Assembly (NCBI GenBank): GCA_043228905.1
Contig: JBHGNT010000016.1
Location: 18,600,001-18,664,000, forward strand
Direction of reading: 5' to 3'
From: Azolla caroliniana
Lineage: Eukaryota; Plantae; Polypodiophyta
DNA: 64,000 nucleotides
The stretch's first letter is position 1, and every line of letters begins with the position of its first letter. Made by a program: the position numbers and the translations under genes. Under the pieces are notes generated by a model, which did not search any database, was not told where the DNA came from, and worked only from the letters and a program-made list of their open reading frames with translations. Positions 9,255 through 22,427 of the stretch are shown piece by piece.

Positions 9255-12034
9255 ACTGTCAGGAATAGTACTAAAACAGAGATGGAATTAGTACTAAGAA
9301 GAGTAGTACTATTAGTACTAAGAGGACGGGACTGCGTAAGATTCCCGAGAGAGAGGAAGTGAGAAGAGGAGAGAGAGAGAAATAGGATGATGACAGCAGC
9401 TCTTATATTATATGAAAGATAAGTACAAATCGACTAAGAGGCTTAAGACTGGTGTTGAACCAATTTGGTTCAAAACAATGCCTTGTGCCTCCTTTTATAG
9501 TGTTTTTAGGAAATAATCTTGAAGCTTCTAGAATGTTCCAGAGAGATCTGGAATATACATCAATTTTCTATGATAAAGTATAAATGAAAATAATATCCTA
9601 CAAAATACAATTCCTAATCTAATGGTAAGAGCTCGACCCATGTAGCATAAAGTCATGGGTTCGAGTCTTGCCATGACACATACAAAACCAGGATAATCAG
9701 GCTACCATCTCCTGCCTTCTTGGTGTACAAGCAGTGGTCCACTTGACTTCTATGAAAACCTTGAGAATGTATCAAATTCATGATACCATTCTCTTGGTGC
9801 TTGTTTCAACCCATACAAACTCCTTTTGAGCTTACAAACTATATTCTCTTTGCCTTTAGCCACAAAACCTTCATGCTGCTGCATATATATGTCTTCATGC
9901 AGATCGCCATGTAAAAAGGCGGTCTTCACATTCATCTGTATGAGCTCCATTTCCCATCACCAAAGTTTGTGTGAAATCCATCATCATCTAGTTGTCCTGT
10001 GCTAATCAAGCTCTTCTTGAGCTGAGGTACATGCCATACATGCTGAAGTGTGAAAGCAGAACCATGCTGAAACTGTAATTGCACAGTGCCAATACCTACA
10101 ATTTCACATGCATAGTTGTCCCCAAGATGGGCAACACCATGTCGACCCCCTGTGTAATTTGAAAACCACTCACGATGAGGGGTGAATTGAAAAGAAGCAC
10201 CGGAATTGAGTATCCAAGTGTGCATGTCACCATCCGTATTTGCAAGTAAAGCATGTTCTCTATGGCATGAAGAGACAAAGAGTACATCATTTCCACTATC
10301 ACTATCATGAATGACTACATTCACCTCTTCAATTTTAGCATTGCCTTTCCTTGATTGAATGTCTCTCTTTTCTTCTATGAAATCATCTATCTTCTTGCCC
10401 TTTCCTTTCTCTTTCTTCCATTTGAAACAATCACATTTAAAGTGACCCTTTTTGCCACAATGATGGCATTCTACATCTTTACCACGTGATTTACTATGGC
10501 CATAACTATCAGATTTGCCTCTCTATTGTGACCTACCCCTCATATGCAATGCACTAGAGGGCTTATTGGATGCATTTTTTTGCCGACTCATCTCTTCCAT
10601 GAGTAGAGAACTCTCTACATCAGCATAAAGAAGCATCACATTTGAATTGCTCATAGAAGTCCTGAAAGTATCCCAACTTTTTTGGCAAGGTGCAAAGTAA
10701 AAACGTGGCCTTAAACTCATCTTCAATGATAAATTTCAAGGCAACCAGCTGGCTGAAAATGAAATTGAACTCACTTAGGTGAGTGGACATGGGTGTGCCC
10801 TCTGTCATGCGCAAATCCATAAGTTTCTTAAGCCAATAAACTTTGCTAGCCGCCGTATTCTAGGCATACAGTTCCTCTAGTCTAGTCCATATAGAATCTA
10901 GGAAGAGTCCAAACCTTCAATATTAAACATCAAGGCATCAGAAATTGACAACTCAATAGTCGAGTGTGCAAGGTCGTTCAACTCTTGCCAATCATCTTGG
11001 TCTATATCTATAGGCTTTACCCCTTTGACCTTAATAGGCTTTGCATGCTTCTTCTACAATCGGATGTTGTAACACTGCTTTTTCCATAACGCAAAGTTAT
11101 GTGCACTCTCAAGCTTCCTAATGTGCATAAGGTGGCTACTGTCACTGATGCTAGTCATGATTTCTTAGCCCAAACAGAGGACCAAACCTGCTTTGCAGAA
11201 AACGTGACCCGCTCTACAAAATAAAAGACATGTTTTGCAGAAAAAACGTGACTTGCTTTCAGAAAACCCTAAACCCTGCTCTGATACCAGTTTGAACGGC
11301 AACATGAGGATAGGGTTTAGGTCAGTCAAACAGGGAGAGAGTTTGAGTGAGAGAGAAAGGGGGGGGGGGGGGGGGGGGGGGAGAGAGAGAGATTGTCTTG
11401 GGTACAAAGAGTGTACCACTTTTTTGGTTTTTAGATATTATGTATATAGAAGTCAAAAATGTGCTACGAGTGCGTTCACACTTGTGCACTAATAAAAGGC
11501 ACGATGACCCTTTATTCCCAACACTTAGAGCCATCCAATTGGCAACTTATAACCAAAAACACAATCACGAATCATAACTGTTGTTGTTTCTAGAAATCTT
11601 GAAAATAGGTCCACTTAACTAAATCTGCAAAATATATAGCATTTAATTGTCATCAAAATGGCCTATATACATACATCTTTGACATGTAAACCATATAGGA
11701 TCAATGACAAGCCAAAGTGAGACAAAAGTCGATCTTGGTGGTTGCGCCATCTATCGTTTATTTGAGGTATTCACTTAAAGATTTGGCCATATCACTCGAT
11801 GATTGAATTTTTAACCATAAAAAAACTAGTAAATTAATTGAATCATACATAAATATGAGGAAATATGGCCTTATACACAAGTGATTGCCACACACATCAA
11901 CATATTAAGATATTTCAAGATGAAACTTTCAAGTGAAATTAATATATCCATGGGTGCCACTAGGCACAAATACATGTTTAATCTTACTTATATTTGAGGT
12001 TGTATCACCTCAACATGCTCATAGTAGACATATA

Positions 12035-13258
12035 AGTTGAATATGGGTTTCTAATGGTCATATTCACACTGTCCCTTAGACAAACTAGGTTTACGACAAT
12101 TCTATAAATATGTCAAAGGGCAGTTTCCCTAGCTTAGTTAGTATATAACTGACTTTGTAACCTAGCTCATAACGTTGTTGCCTCCATTTGTTGTAACTCA
12201 GAGTTTGAATAATACAGTTACATATTGTGTGCCTTTTTGTTTCTTCTCTCTCTCTCTCTCTCTCTCTCATTCTGTCTCCTTGATCTTGCTTTACTATGCT
12301 AACTTGGTGATCTTCTAAGCATAGATGTTGTTCTTGTTTCCATACTGATGGTCTCAGACTCCAACATCTAGTATCAGAGCTCGAGGTTATTCAACTTGCT
12401 ACCGGCCGCCATCTGTTTTCAACAACATTCTTGCCCTTGTCTTCCTAAAGACCTTGAGTTCAAGATCTCATCATGAGAAGAGAAAGACAACTGAAGATTT
12501 GCACTCTACTGAGCTAGATCACCCTTAAGGTAAGCCAGTTGGTTGTACCTTGCTTCTGCGATTGCGGCCGCTTAGAGTGGAATCTCTATCAAATCAACTG
12601 CGATCGTGCTTTACCAAGTTAGACACTGTCTACTCGTTTGTCATAACCACTCAAAGCAGATCCAACCTTAGGAGCAACCTCATCTGTGCTTCACTCGGCT
12701 AGAAGAAATCTGGGAATAATTGTTTAAATCTATTCCTCCAATCATCGTAGTCACTTGAACAAAGATCGACTTGAAAAGAAGGCATAAAATTTGTGATCAG
12801 CCTTTAAAAATTGGTATTCGAAACTTATTTGGCATATAGTTGTGCTCAACTCGACTAAGCAATATTCGGGAAGACCAGTCGGTTCTGTCCCTCCACCCGT
12901 TGTAGCCACTTGGAGCAACCTCACCATCCAATAGTCATTCGAAACCCAATCGGCAAACTCATGTCCAAATCCGGCTAGAACGAATTTGGGTGAGCTAGTC
13001 AGTTGCATCCTATCAATGTTCATAGCCAATTCTAGATAGAATCTCCCAAGGTCGACATAGATGGCATCAACATCCGACTCATCAGAAATGCATCGAACTT
13101 CAACTTCGGGAAGGAGCAGATGCAAGACTATCTAATAGTCAAAGGTCAGATCGACCCAATCGAGACAGAAAATGCCCCAGAAGGATTCAAGACGAATGAG
13201 TGGACAATACTTGATAGAATTGTCTGAGCCACCATTCTGATGCACTTGTCGGAGTTGG
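12035..13258 (+). mobile_element. Copia C0: 5' LTR, PBS and gag start, truncated
   Basis: LTR ~12035-12366, homologous to LTRs of C2; PBS TAGTATCAGAGC 12369-12380; gag remnant MQDYLIVKGQIDP. Confidence 0.8.
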
Positions 13259-14061
13259 TAGTACTAAAACCTTGGATTTAGTAACCTAATCATTTTGGTG
13301 GCCCCATATGCGATGATTTGTCGATGCCTATGTTCAAACATGTGATACATGCTGCAGAGCAAAGATGCCCCGACATCATCTGTATGGTTTATTGGAGCCA
13401 TTACCAATTCAAGCAAGCCATGGCAATCTACTTCTTTGGATTTTATCACAGATCTTCCGAATTCTAAGGGCGTCAATGCTATCTTAACAGTGGTTGATCG
13501 ATATACTATAATGACACATTTCTTGCCCTGCACTAACGAGATCACTAGTGAAGACACCACAAGTATCATTATGTGTGAATTTTTTCGGCACCATGGTCTT
13601 CCCGACACCATCATCAGTGATCACGGAACTCAATTCATATCTAAATTTTGGAAGCATCTCTTCACAATGCTCAAGGTCACATGCAACCTCTCTATTGTGA
13701 ACTAAGGCCGTCAATGCAGAACATACACTTTGAGATGAAGATCACCAAGAGTACAAATGAATGCAAGATCGAATAATAGAATGCGAGAGAGGGAGAGATC
13801 AAGAGGCACACAATACAATTTTTTTTCTATGGTTACAATACAATGGAGGCAACAACTCTCTTACAATAGCAACAACCTTATGTACTAGGTTACAAAGCCC
13901 GTTATATACTAACTGAGCTAGGGCAACTGCCCTTTGACATATTTACATAAATGTCCTAAATCTAGTTTGTCCAAGGGAACAATGTGAATATGGCCATTAT
14001 ATGCCCATATTCGACACTCCCCCATAATGGGCGTATACAACAAAAAATTTGTAAAAAGAAT

Positions 14062-16985
14062 TGTTGAGATATCAAGCTCAACTAAGTTTAGCCATTTAGT
14101 TAACCACGTAACTTAGTAGTTACCTAGATAGAATCTAGTTAGTGTGTTGACCTTTTAAACCCTTAAATAGGATCTTGTACTTGTACATAAGTGGGGATAC
14201 ATTCTAGATCCTCCACTACCATGTATATTTTATATAGGACTTACATCCTTGTACCTATATTCTACTCACAGATGTGCACCCTGCACATGAGTTGTATAAA
14301 TACCTCATTGTGGGTATTTTTGTAACTTGATGCTTATTAATATAGAGAAAGGTCTGTGTATGTGTGTGTATGGCAATCTTGGTGAGGGAAAACCCTTCTT
14401 CGTTCTTCAACCTTCAATCAATGTTATTCGTTGAAGAGAACCACATCCGAAGCAAGACCAAGACATCGAAAGGACAAATGTTCTTCTCAAATTTGGATGG
14501 TGGTCGAGGATGAGGTCGACGCGGTAGAAGAGGTCGATTCAGCCCATCTCACAAAGGGAACTCAAACCTTCGACAAGAAGACAGAAGCCATCGAGGAACC
14601 TTCGGAAGAAGGGGGAGCTTCCATGCCGAACAAGGTCGGTAAACATGGCCCATTACTTGCAACTTTTGTGGGAAGGTTGGCCACTACGAAGAGGAGTGCC
14701 GAAAGAGAAGAAGAGAGTCGGCTTCCACAAGCCGACAACTCACAAACTATGTCACCAACTCCGAATAGGATGACTATGGTGGACTATTCATAATGAGACA
14801 TAGAGTGAACTCTATGTTAGCCTCTGATTCCACAAGCACCTCCAACTCGAAAGACATGTGGTTCGTCGACTCCAGCACCTCACATCATATGACGTCACAC
14901 CAATAGTGGTTTCATGATTTAAGAACACCGGATCGACCTGGCTACATAGAGATGGGAGACGACACCACACATCCCATTTGGCACATCGACAACGTTCCAT
15001 TCGGTAAAGACGGCAACAACAATTGCCTCAAGAATGTATTGCACGTGCCTACAATAACAAAGAATTTGGTCTTGGTAGGCCAAATCGTGGAGCAAGGAAT
15101 GCAAGTTCATTTCAACAACGAATGATGCTTTATAGAAAAAGATGGCTGACTCATAGCTAGGGGATGGAGAGAAGGCCGAATGTTCATCCTCAATTTGAAT
15201 GAAGTGAAATCGGCCATGTATGCCAAAGGTCTCAAAACCGAGATGAACATCGAGTTGTGGCACAAGAGAATTGGCCACATCAACCTCCCACGGCTCCGAG
15301 CTATGCAATCAAAGGGAGTCATCATCGAACTTCCGGCCTTTGAGTTGAAACGAGTTGACCGAGTATGCGAAGCATGTCAACTCAACAAACAACATCAACT
15401 CCCATTCCTGAAGGAGAGCTACATAAGCAAAGGCCTCCTTGACGTCATACATTCGGATGTATGGGGATCGACTCAAACGCCGACGATCAGCAGATGCCGA
15501 TACTACGTCACCTTCATCGATGACTACTCACGTTACACGTGGATCTTCCCGATAAAGAAGAAGAGTAAAATGCTCTCCCACTTTCAAAAGCTCAAGAACC
15601 AAGTCGAGAAAGAAACCAGTCGGCACATTTGATGCCTACACTCGGATGGAGACAAGGAGTACTTCTTGGATGAATTCATCTCCTACCTCCAAGGTGAAGG
15701 CATTCAGAGAGAATTTTTGTACCGACACACACCCCAACAAAATGGAGTAGCCGAAAGGAAGAATCAACATATACTCGAGGTAACATGTGCCATGATGCAT
15801 GAGAAGCACATGCCGAACTTCTATTGGGCCGAAGCGGCATCCGCAACTGTCTATCTCGTGAACCGGTGCACCACCAATGGAGTGCATGAGCTAACCCCAT
15901 AAAAGCTCCTCGCTGGAAGGAAGCTGATGTTGTCGCACCTCAAAGTGTTCGGAAGCATTGTGAATGTACGCATCCCAAACGAAAAACGACAGAAGCTTGA
16001 CGCGAAGTCGGAGAAATGTATCCTCATAGGATACTTGCCCGAGAAAAGGGGGTACAAGTGCTTCGACCTGAGTGGTTCGGGTAAGACGGGATGTGGTTTT
16101 CGACGAATCGGCATCATGGTATGAGCCCGATTCAGCTCCATTCGACCTGACTGAGGAAGAGTTAAATGTCAACTCGGATGACGATATTCAGCCAAGTCCT
16201 CTACCAAGTCCTCTACCAAAGGACAGTCCAAGCTCTACCGAGATTAGTGGACCACATGAACCTTCATGCGACCAAATCACGTCGCGGCCAAGTTTGAAAT
16301 TGGACAAAGGCAAAGGTAAGATGCCCGAATACGAAGTCGACCACCCCGACAATAGTGATTCGGATGTGTCAGCTCGCTCACTAGACAATGAGTTTGGTGT
16401 ACCCATTATGCGGGGACCCAGAGTACCAAATGTGCTCACATTGGCAAACAAAAAACTTCGACGCTCATCTAGAGAGAAGAACCTGGTCACTCAGTTCGAC
16501 TACAAAGAGTATATGGCCCATCACTATGCCTTCGCGATGAAGGGGGTGGCCGAACAAGAGCTCGAAAGCTTTATAGAAGTGGCTCGTGGCCACTTAGGGA
16601 TGGAAGCCATGGATGACGAGATGCAAGCACTTGGCCGTCGACCATCTAACACTACAAGCCTTCGTCACACGCTTGAGGGGGAGGAACCGAGACTGCCACG
16701 AAAATGCCGACGTCCAAAGTCGAACAAAAGCCGACATCGAAAGCCAGACAACGCCGAAAACAAAACCGGATGTCAAACGCCTCACACTTGAGCTTGAGGG
16801 GGCGTGTTGAGATATCAAGCTCAACTAAGTTTAGTCATTTAGTTAACCATGTAACTTAGTAATTACGTAGATAGAATCTAAATAGGATCTTGTACTTGTA
16901 CGTAAGTGGGGATACATTGTAGATCCTCCACTACCAAGTGTATTTAATATATGACTTCCATCCTTGTACCTATATTCTACTCACA
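14062..16985 (+). mobile_element. Copia C3 nested in C2; gag and RT largely deleted
   Basis: LTR start TGTTGAGATATCAAGCTCAAC at 14062 and 16805; PPT TTGAGGGGGCG; WHKRIGH, IHSDVWG, FIDDYSR, TPQQNGVAERKN. Confidence 0.88.
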
Positions 16986-18149
16986 CACACAAATCACATA
17001 ATCTTCCACTGCTTTATTAATACTCACATAATTAGACCCTAATTAACCCTAGTTAATTATCTAATTATTAACAAGAATAAATAAGATTATACAAAGTTAT
17101 CAAACATATCGGCTTTGTTTGAATCGGCAAAATCCGAGAACAAAAGGCCGAGTCAGCCGGGGTCGGAAGAACTGAAGTTGAGCTTCAAATTGTCAACGTC
17201 GATTGTTCGAGAACGTACTGAATGTCTGACTCAATCAGACTGATTCTTCTCTACGCCCATTTGATGCTGAAGGGATCAGAATTGATCCGTCAAAAGGCAC
17301 TTGGTCATCCCATCTGCGACATTATTGGCTGTAGATATCTTCTCGAGGCTGATTTTCCCTAAAATGACCTAGTCCTGAACAAAGTGATATCAAACTTCGA
17401 TATGCTTGGAGGCGTTGTGATGAACCGGATTTTTCGATAGAGCAACAACACCCTAACTATCGTTGTAGATAACTGGAGCCGAGTCAGAGTCGACTTGTCG
17501 AAACATGTGCGGCAGCTGACCGAACCATAAAGCCTCTTTCTCCGCATCGGACGTGGTTACGTATACGGCCTTGATTGTTGATGTGGTAGTGCACTCCTGA
17601 AGTTTTGATTTCCACAAGATTGCTCCATTGCTGAATTTGAATCAATATCCGGTTGACTTTCGACTATCCACACAACCCGCAAAGTCTGAGTCGATATAAC
17701 CGACTATGCCTGATGTATCATTCGGGCCAAACAGGATGGCATAATATTTTGTGCCCACAAGGTATCTGGACACATGCTTAACTACATTACGATGCGATCA
17801 GCCAGGATTGTGCATAAATCTATTGACGACTCCGACGGTGTGAGCAATGTCAAGCCATGTCGTGACCATCGCGTACATCAAGGAGCCGACTGTCGGTGCA
17901 TACGGTACCGACTTCATAACTTCCCCCCTCCGGACCGGATGTCGGGCAGTCTCAACGTTCGTAGGGTCGAAGTAGATTTGGCTGAATGCATGTTGAAGCG
18001 TTCTAAGACACGTCCAATATAGTCAGATTGAGATATTTCCTGGACCTTGGTTCAAATTTGTGGCGGTCGTCTTTCAGTATGAGGGCGTATGCCTCGCACC
18101 CAAAAATCTTTAGCTTGTTGTAATTCGGCTTACTGCTGGTCCATAATTC

Positions 18150-18723
18150 TGTTAGGATCGTGATCAGCCACAACCGGTTCTACTTTGAACGTTCGGGTGC
18201 AAAGAATCGAGATAGATAGTGCACAAACAGAAAAAACGAGAAGGCAGAAAAGCCAAGTACAGAGACACAAGATCTTTTATGTGGAAAACTCGAAAGGGAA
18301 AAACCATGGGGATTCACAAACCCCGAGAAATAGAATCACTATAATCGAGAGGAAATAGAACAATGAGAATCTCAAGGCAACGACCTATGAGTTCTCCTTC
18401 GTCATATCGGCGGTTGCAGAGTTACGCACACTCTTACACACTCTCTCTCTATCCTACTACTTACAGAGGCAATAACCTTCTCTAACTATACAACAATGAT
18501 CAACAACCTCGTTATAAAATTTGGCCTAGTTGTATTTATACATATTTATACAACCTTTGGGCTATTTACATACATAACCCACTAGGGGCACATTTAGACT
18601 ATTTACATATATGGTCTCCCAAATCGATCCTTCAATTTCGATTTCGATTTCAGAATTACGCATTGGTTCCATCCGATTCGGCTCGTACTCTTCTTCACAT
18701 TCGGAGGGACATGTTTTCCCAAC
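18150..18723 (-). mobile_element. Probable solo LTR (Copia-type) inside C2
   Basis: TGTTAGGA...TTCCCAAC interrupts the C2 integrase remnant; TSD unclear. Confidence 0.6.
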
Positions 18724-19115
18724 TAATTTCCCCAACTAATTTCTGAGGTATTCGAAGTCCTAAAGCCCTACTCAACGACATATTGATTACGTGTACTGAC
18801 GTAAGTAGGGCCTCTACCTAGAAGCCATCCGGTAGTCCGGAGAGTTGGAGCATGGACACTACGCATTCTTGAATTGTCCGATTCATTTGTTCGGCAATTC
18901 CATTCTGAAGCGTTTTTGGTTTTGATGGGGTCGATTTGCCCCTTGACTATCAGATAGTCTTGCATTTGCTCCTTCCTGAAGTTGAAGTTCGATCCATCAA
19001 ACTTCCGTAGACTCATCTCTGATGAGATGGATGTTGATGCCATATTTGTCGGCTTGTTAGACTTTGTTCGGAGTTGACTACAAGCGGTGTAGAGATGCAA
19101 CCGATTGGCTCACCC

Positions 19116-19559
19116 TGTCATGGACACACCAAGCGCATACTAAGACGGAGCATGGATGATGAGGCTATGACAGAGCGATGACACGAGGAACTTAAGATGG
19201 GGAATGACACAAGAGCATAAAGATAGAGATGAAGATCAAGGAGAGAGGATGGGCGAAATGGGAATACTAGATTGATATGTCCATGACTGGCGTTGTTCAC
19301 CTTGAATTCCTTCAAGGTGAACTCAACTATTTATACTAAGTGGCATGCATACCTGTTGCACGCATGTGATACAATAGAGCATGTAGGCAGTAGGTACGCA
19401 TGCATGTGCCAAGTGTAAATAATACAAGGGAGAAATTATGCACATGATGCTAGCTAAAACCTACAATGAGGAAGTATATACATGATTATATGCTAGATGT
19501 GTGGTTAACGCATAACACTCGATTATAACATGGTCATGTCAAGAGTTCGAATCTTGACA
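19116..19559 (-). mobile_element. Solo LTR of the chromovirus lineage
   Basis: 444 bp, TGTCA..TGACA, TSD CACCC; shares R-region motif CAACGCCAGTC and the terminal B box GAGTTCGAATC. Confidence 0.85.
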
Positions 19560-21535
19560 CACCCGATATTGTTCTAGTCGGATTCAAACACGAGTCGAAT
19601 CGGCTTGTTATTGGACAATTGAATCTGTCGATTTGATTCCGATGTTGATCATAGATTTTGTGCCGATTATCTAGGTCGATCCTGATTCGGGTGACTGCAA
19701 TGATGAGAGGGACGGAGCCGACTGGTCCTCCCAAATGTCGTTCGGTCGAATGAAGCACGGATAGGGGTTGTTCCCTGGAGCTGGATCTGCTTTGAGATGT
19801 TACAACAAATGAGTAGATAGTGTCTAAACTGGTAAAGCATGATCGAGGCCAATTTGATAGAGATTCCACTCTGAGTGGCTTCATTCACAGAAGCAAGGTA
19901 TTGTTGGTTGGCTTACCTTAAGAATGATCTAGCTTGGTGGAGTGCAAATCTTCTATTCTTTTTCTCTTTTCAAGATGAGATCTTGAACTTAGGTTCTTCA
20001 AGGGAGACGAAGCAAGAATGCTAATGAAGACTGATGACAGATGGAAGCGAGTTGAAGAACCTCTGCTCTGATACAAGATGTTGTGAACTAAGGCCGTCAG
20101 TGCCGAGCATCAACACCACTTTGAGATGAAGATCACCAAGTGTACAAATGAACGCAAGATCGAAGAACAGAATGAGAGAGAGGGAGAGATCAAGAGGCAT
20201 TTTATTCAATGGTTACAATACTGTAACAATGGAGGCAACAATTCTCTTACAATATCAACAACCTTATGACCTAGGTTACAAAGCCTGTAATATACTAATT
20301 GAGCTAGGGCAACTGCCCTTTGACATATTTACATAAATGTGCTACACCTAGTTTGTCCAAGGGAACAATGTGAATACGACCATTATATGCCCATATTTGA
20401 CACTCTCTTCTGGCTACCATCCCCAAATGGATGGACAAGCAGAATGTAGAAATCAAACGCTAGAGCAATATCTTTGGTGTTTCATAAGCTATCAACAAGA
20501 TGATTGGGCAGATATATTACACTTTGCCGAATTTGCATATAATAAATTTATCCACTCCTCTATTAAGGTGACACCATTCTATGTGTATATAGGCGATCTT
20601 CCTCGTTGGTGTTTATTTGAAAATCTCGAATTACCCACGAATTCTAGTGCACAGGATCATTTGGAGTGACTACGCAAGATTTAGGCAGAACTGTCTAACC
20701 ATCTACATCAAGCCCAACAAACATAGAAGGACTATGCAGATTGTCATTGGCGTCCATCTTGTTTCGATATTGGAGATTGAGTATGACTATTACGACGGCA
20801 AGAAAAGAAAACCCGATCATGTGCCAAATTGGATTATCAAAGGCTAGGCCTTTTTATTATTAACAGAAAAATCAATGATGTCACATTTCGTCTTGATCTA
20901 CCTTCGCAATTACGGATACATCCGGTATTTTATAGTTCTCTCCTAGAACCATGTCAGAAAACCTCTATTCCAAATTGTACTACACCACCATCTCCAATTG
21001 AACTTGACGACGGACCTGAGTACGAAGTTGTTGCCATCCTCGATTCCAAGATAGTTCGTAATAAGCTCTACTATTTGGTGTATTGGTTAGGATATAGTCC
21101 AAGTGATCGTACTTGGGAACTAGTCGAGAATGTGGCAAATGCTTGAGCACTTCTTGAGGATTTCCATCGATAGTATCCAGATAAACCAGGTCCTCAGTCA
21201 AAGATGTCTCGTAAAACTTGTTGTTCAAAAGGGGGGGATAGTGTCACGATATGGCCCCAAAAAGAATTGAACCTGTGACCGTATGTTTCACAAGTTGATA
21301 CCATTAGGATAACAATTGTAATATAAAATATATTCTTTTCATTACAGAAAATTCATGTATATTCTAGATTACTTCGGAACATTCTAGAAAATTCGGGAAT
21401 ACTCTTGATAATACTATAAATAGAGGCATATGGCACTAATCAGAACCAATTCAGTTCAACGCTTATCTTAAGCCTATTAGCTATCCTTGTACTCTTTTTA
21501 TATAATATACTTCTTTGTTATCATACTTCTCTCTT

Positions 21536-21601
<66 letters not shown>

Positions 21602-21638
21602 GGACTAATCCTCTCAGTCTCTAGTACTACTCTTGACA

Positions 21639-22427
21639 AGAGGTGGTCGGCTCTTTCTCCCTCATCTTCATATTGAACAATTGCCGAATTAGGACAAGTT
21701 TTGACAAGCTCAACTTCTTTTCATATACAAATTGTAACTTCTCCCATATGGCGAATGCAGTCATCTCTTTGGCCATACTGATGTAGACATTTTCGGCCAG
21801 GTGCATTTTGATGGTCAACGTCGCAATTTCGTCGAGTGATCACCATTCTTCTGTTGCCATCACTGTCAGCTTGCTGTTGTCCCAAATCGCCTGTATCTGC
21901 CGTTTGATGATTAGCATGTCCTACATCATTTCCTTCCATAAGGCAAAGTTTTTGCCGTCGAACTTTCTGATTTCACAACTTCTGTTGGATGTTGAAGCCA
22001 TTACTCTTATGGAGGTATTGATCGGCCTAGTCCTTTCCTTCAAAAAACTTTTCCTCTTCTTATACTGACGATGCTTGTCTCCAAGATCGCTCTAATACCA
22101 GTTGATGACATTAGATGTGTCTAGTAAACTGTTATATTTGAGGTTGGTCGACTCGTTAGGAAGTGTGTGTAGATCTTCATGATGAGAAACAAGCAAGAAT
22201 AGTTTAAGAGTGAGATGGTGTTCTGTCTTGTTACAAAGTATATACAAAAAGAAAAATGCAGAGAGACGGTAACACAGAGATAAGCACAGAGAGAGATTGT
22301 ATTATTCATTCAACCATACTATACAAGGAGAAAGTTTCTCCTAGTTATACAAGAGGGAACCAAGCCCTAACTACAGGGAGTGTTCACAGTAGAATACAAT
22401 GGTCGGATTAGAAGTTTTACTCCAACA
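21639..22427 (-). mobile_element. Copia fragment: 5' LTR, PBS, gag start
   Basis: LTR 22103-22427; PBS TGGTATTAGAGC 22089-22100; gag MASTS..IRKFDGKNFALWKEMM. Confidence 0.85.

Larger units (their letters stand above)
4029..9678 (-). mobile_element. Chromovirus A: intact full-length Ty3/Gypsy (Tcn1-like)
   Basis: 422-bp LTRs 4029-4450 and 9257-9678 (TGTCA..TGACA, no difference seen); TSD CATAC; PPT AAGGGGGAGATAG; intact gag and pol. Confidence 0.97.
2587..11523 (-). mobile_element. Ty1/Copia LTR retrotransposon C1, decayed and integrase-deleted, interrupted by chromovirus A
   Basis: LTRs 2587-2815 and 11293-11523 (TG..CA); PBS TGGTATCAGAGC (tRNA-iMet) 11278-11289; PPT 2816-2826; flanks CTTAGA/CTTAGA; gag, protease (WILNSGAS), RT and RNase H remnants. 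Confidence 0.9.
13693..20402 (-). mobile_element. Copia C2, decayed with large internal deletions
   Basis: LTRs 13693-14016 and 20079-20402; TSD CTCTC; degenerate iMet PBS ~20065-20076; gag MASTSISSEMSLRKFDGSNF; RT/RNase H remnants 17300-18040. Confidence 0.88.
13259..21638 (+). mobile_element. Chromovirus D: 5'-truncated, decayed integrase-chromodomain plus 3' LTR, split by Copia C2
   Basis: Integrase reads ..VTCNLS (13692) / SGYHPQ (20408); chromodomain 21020-21140; PPT AAAAGGGGGGGATAG; LTR 21242-21638 TGTCA..TGACA. Confidence 0.88.
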
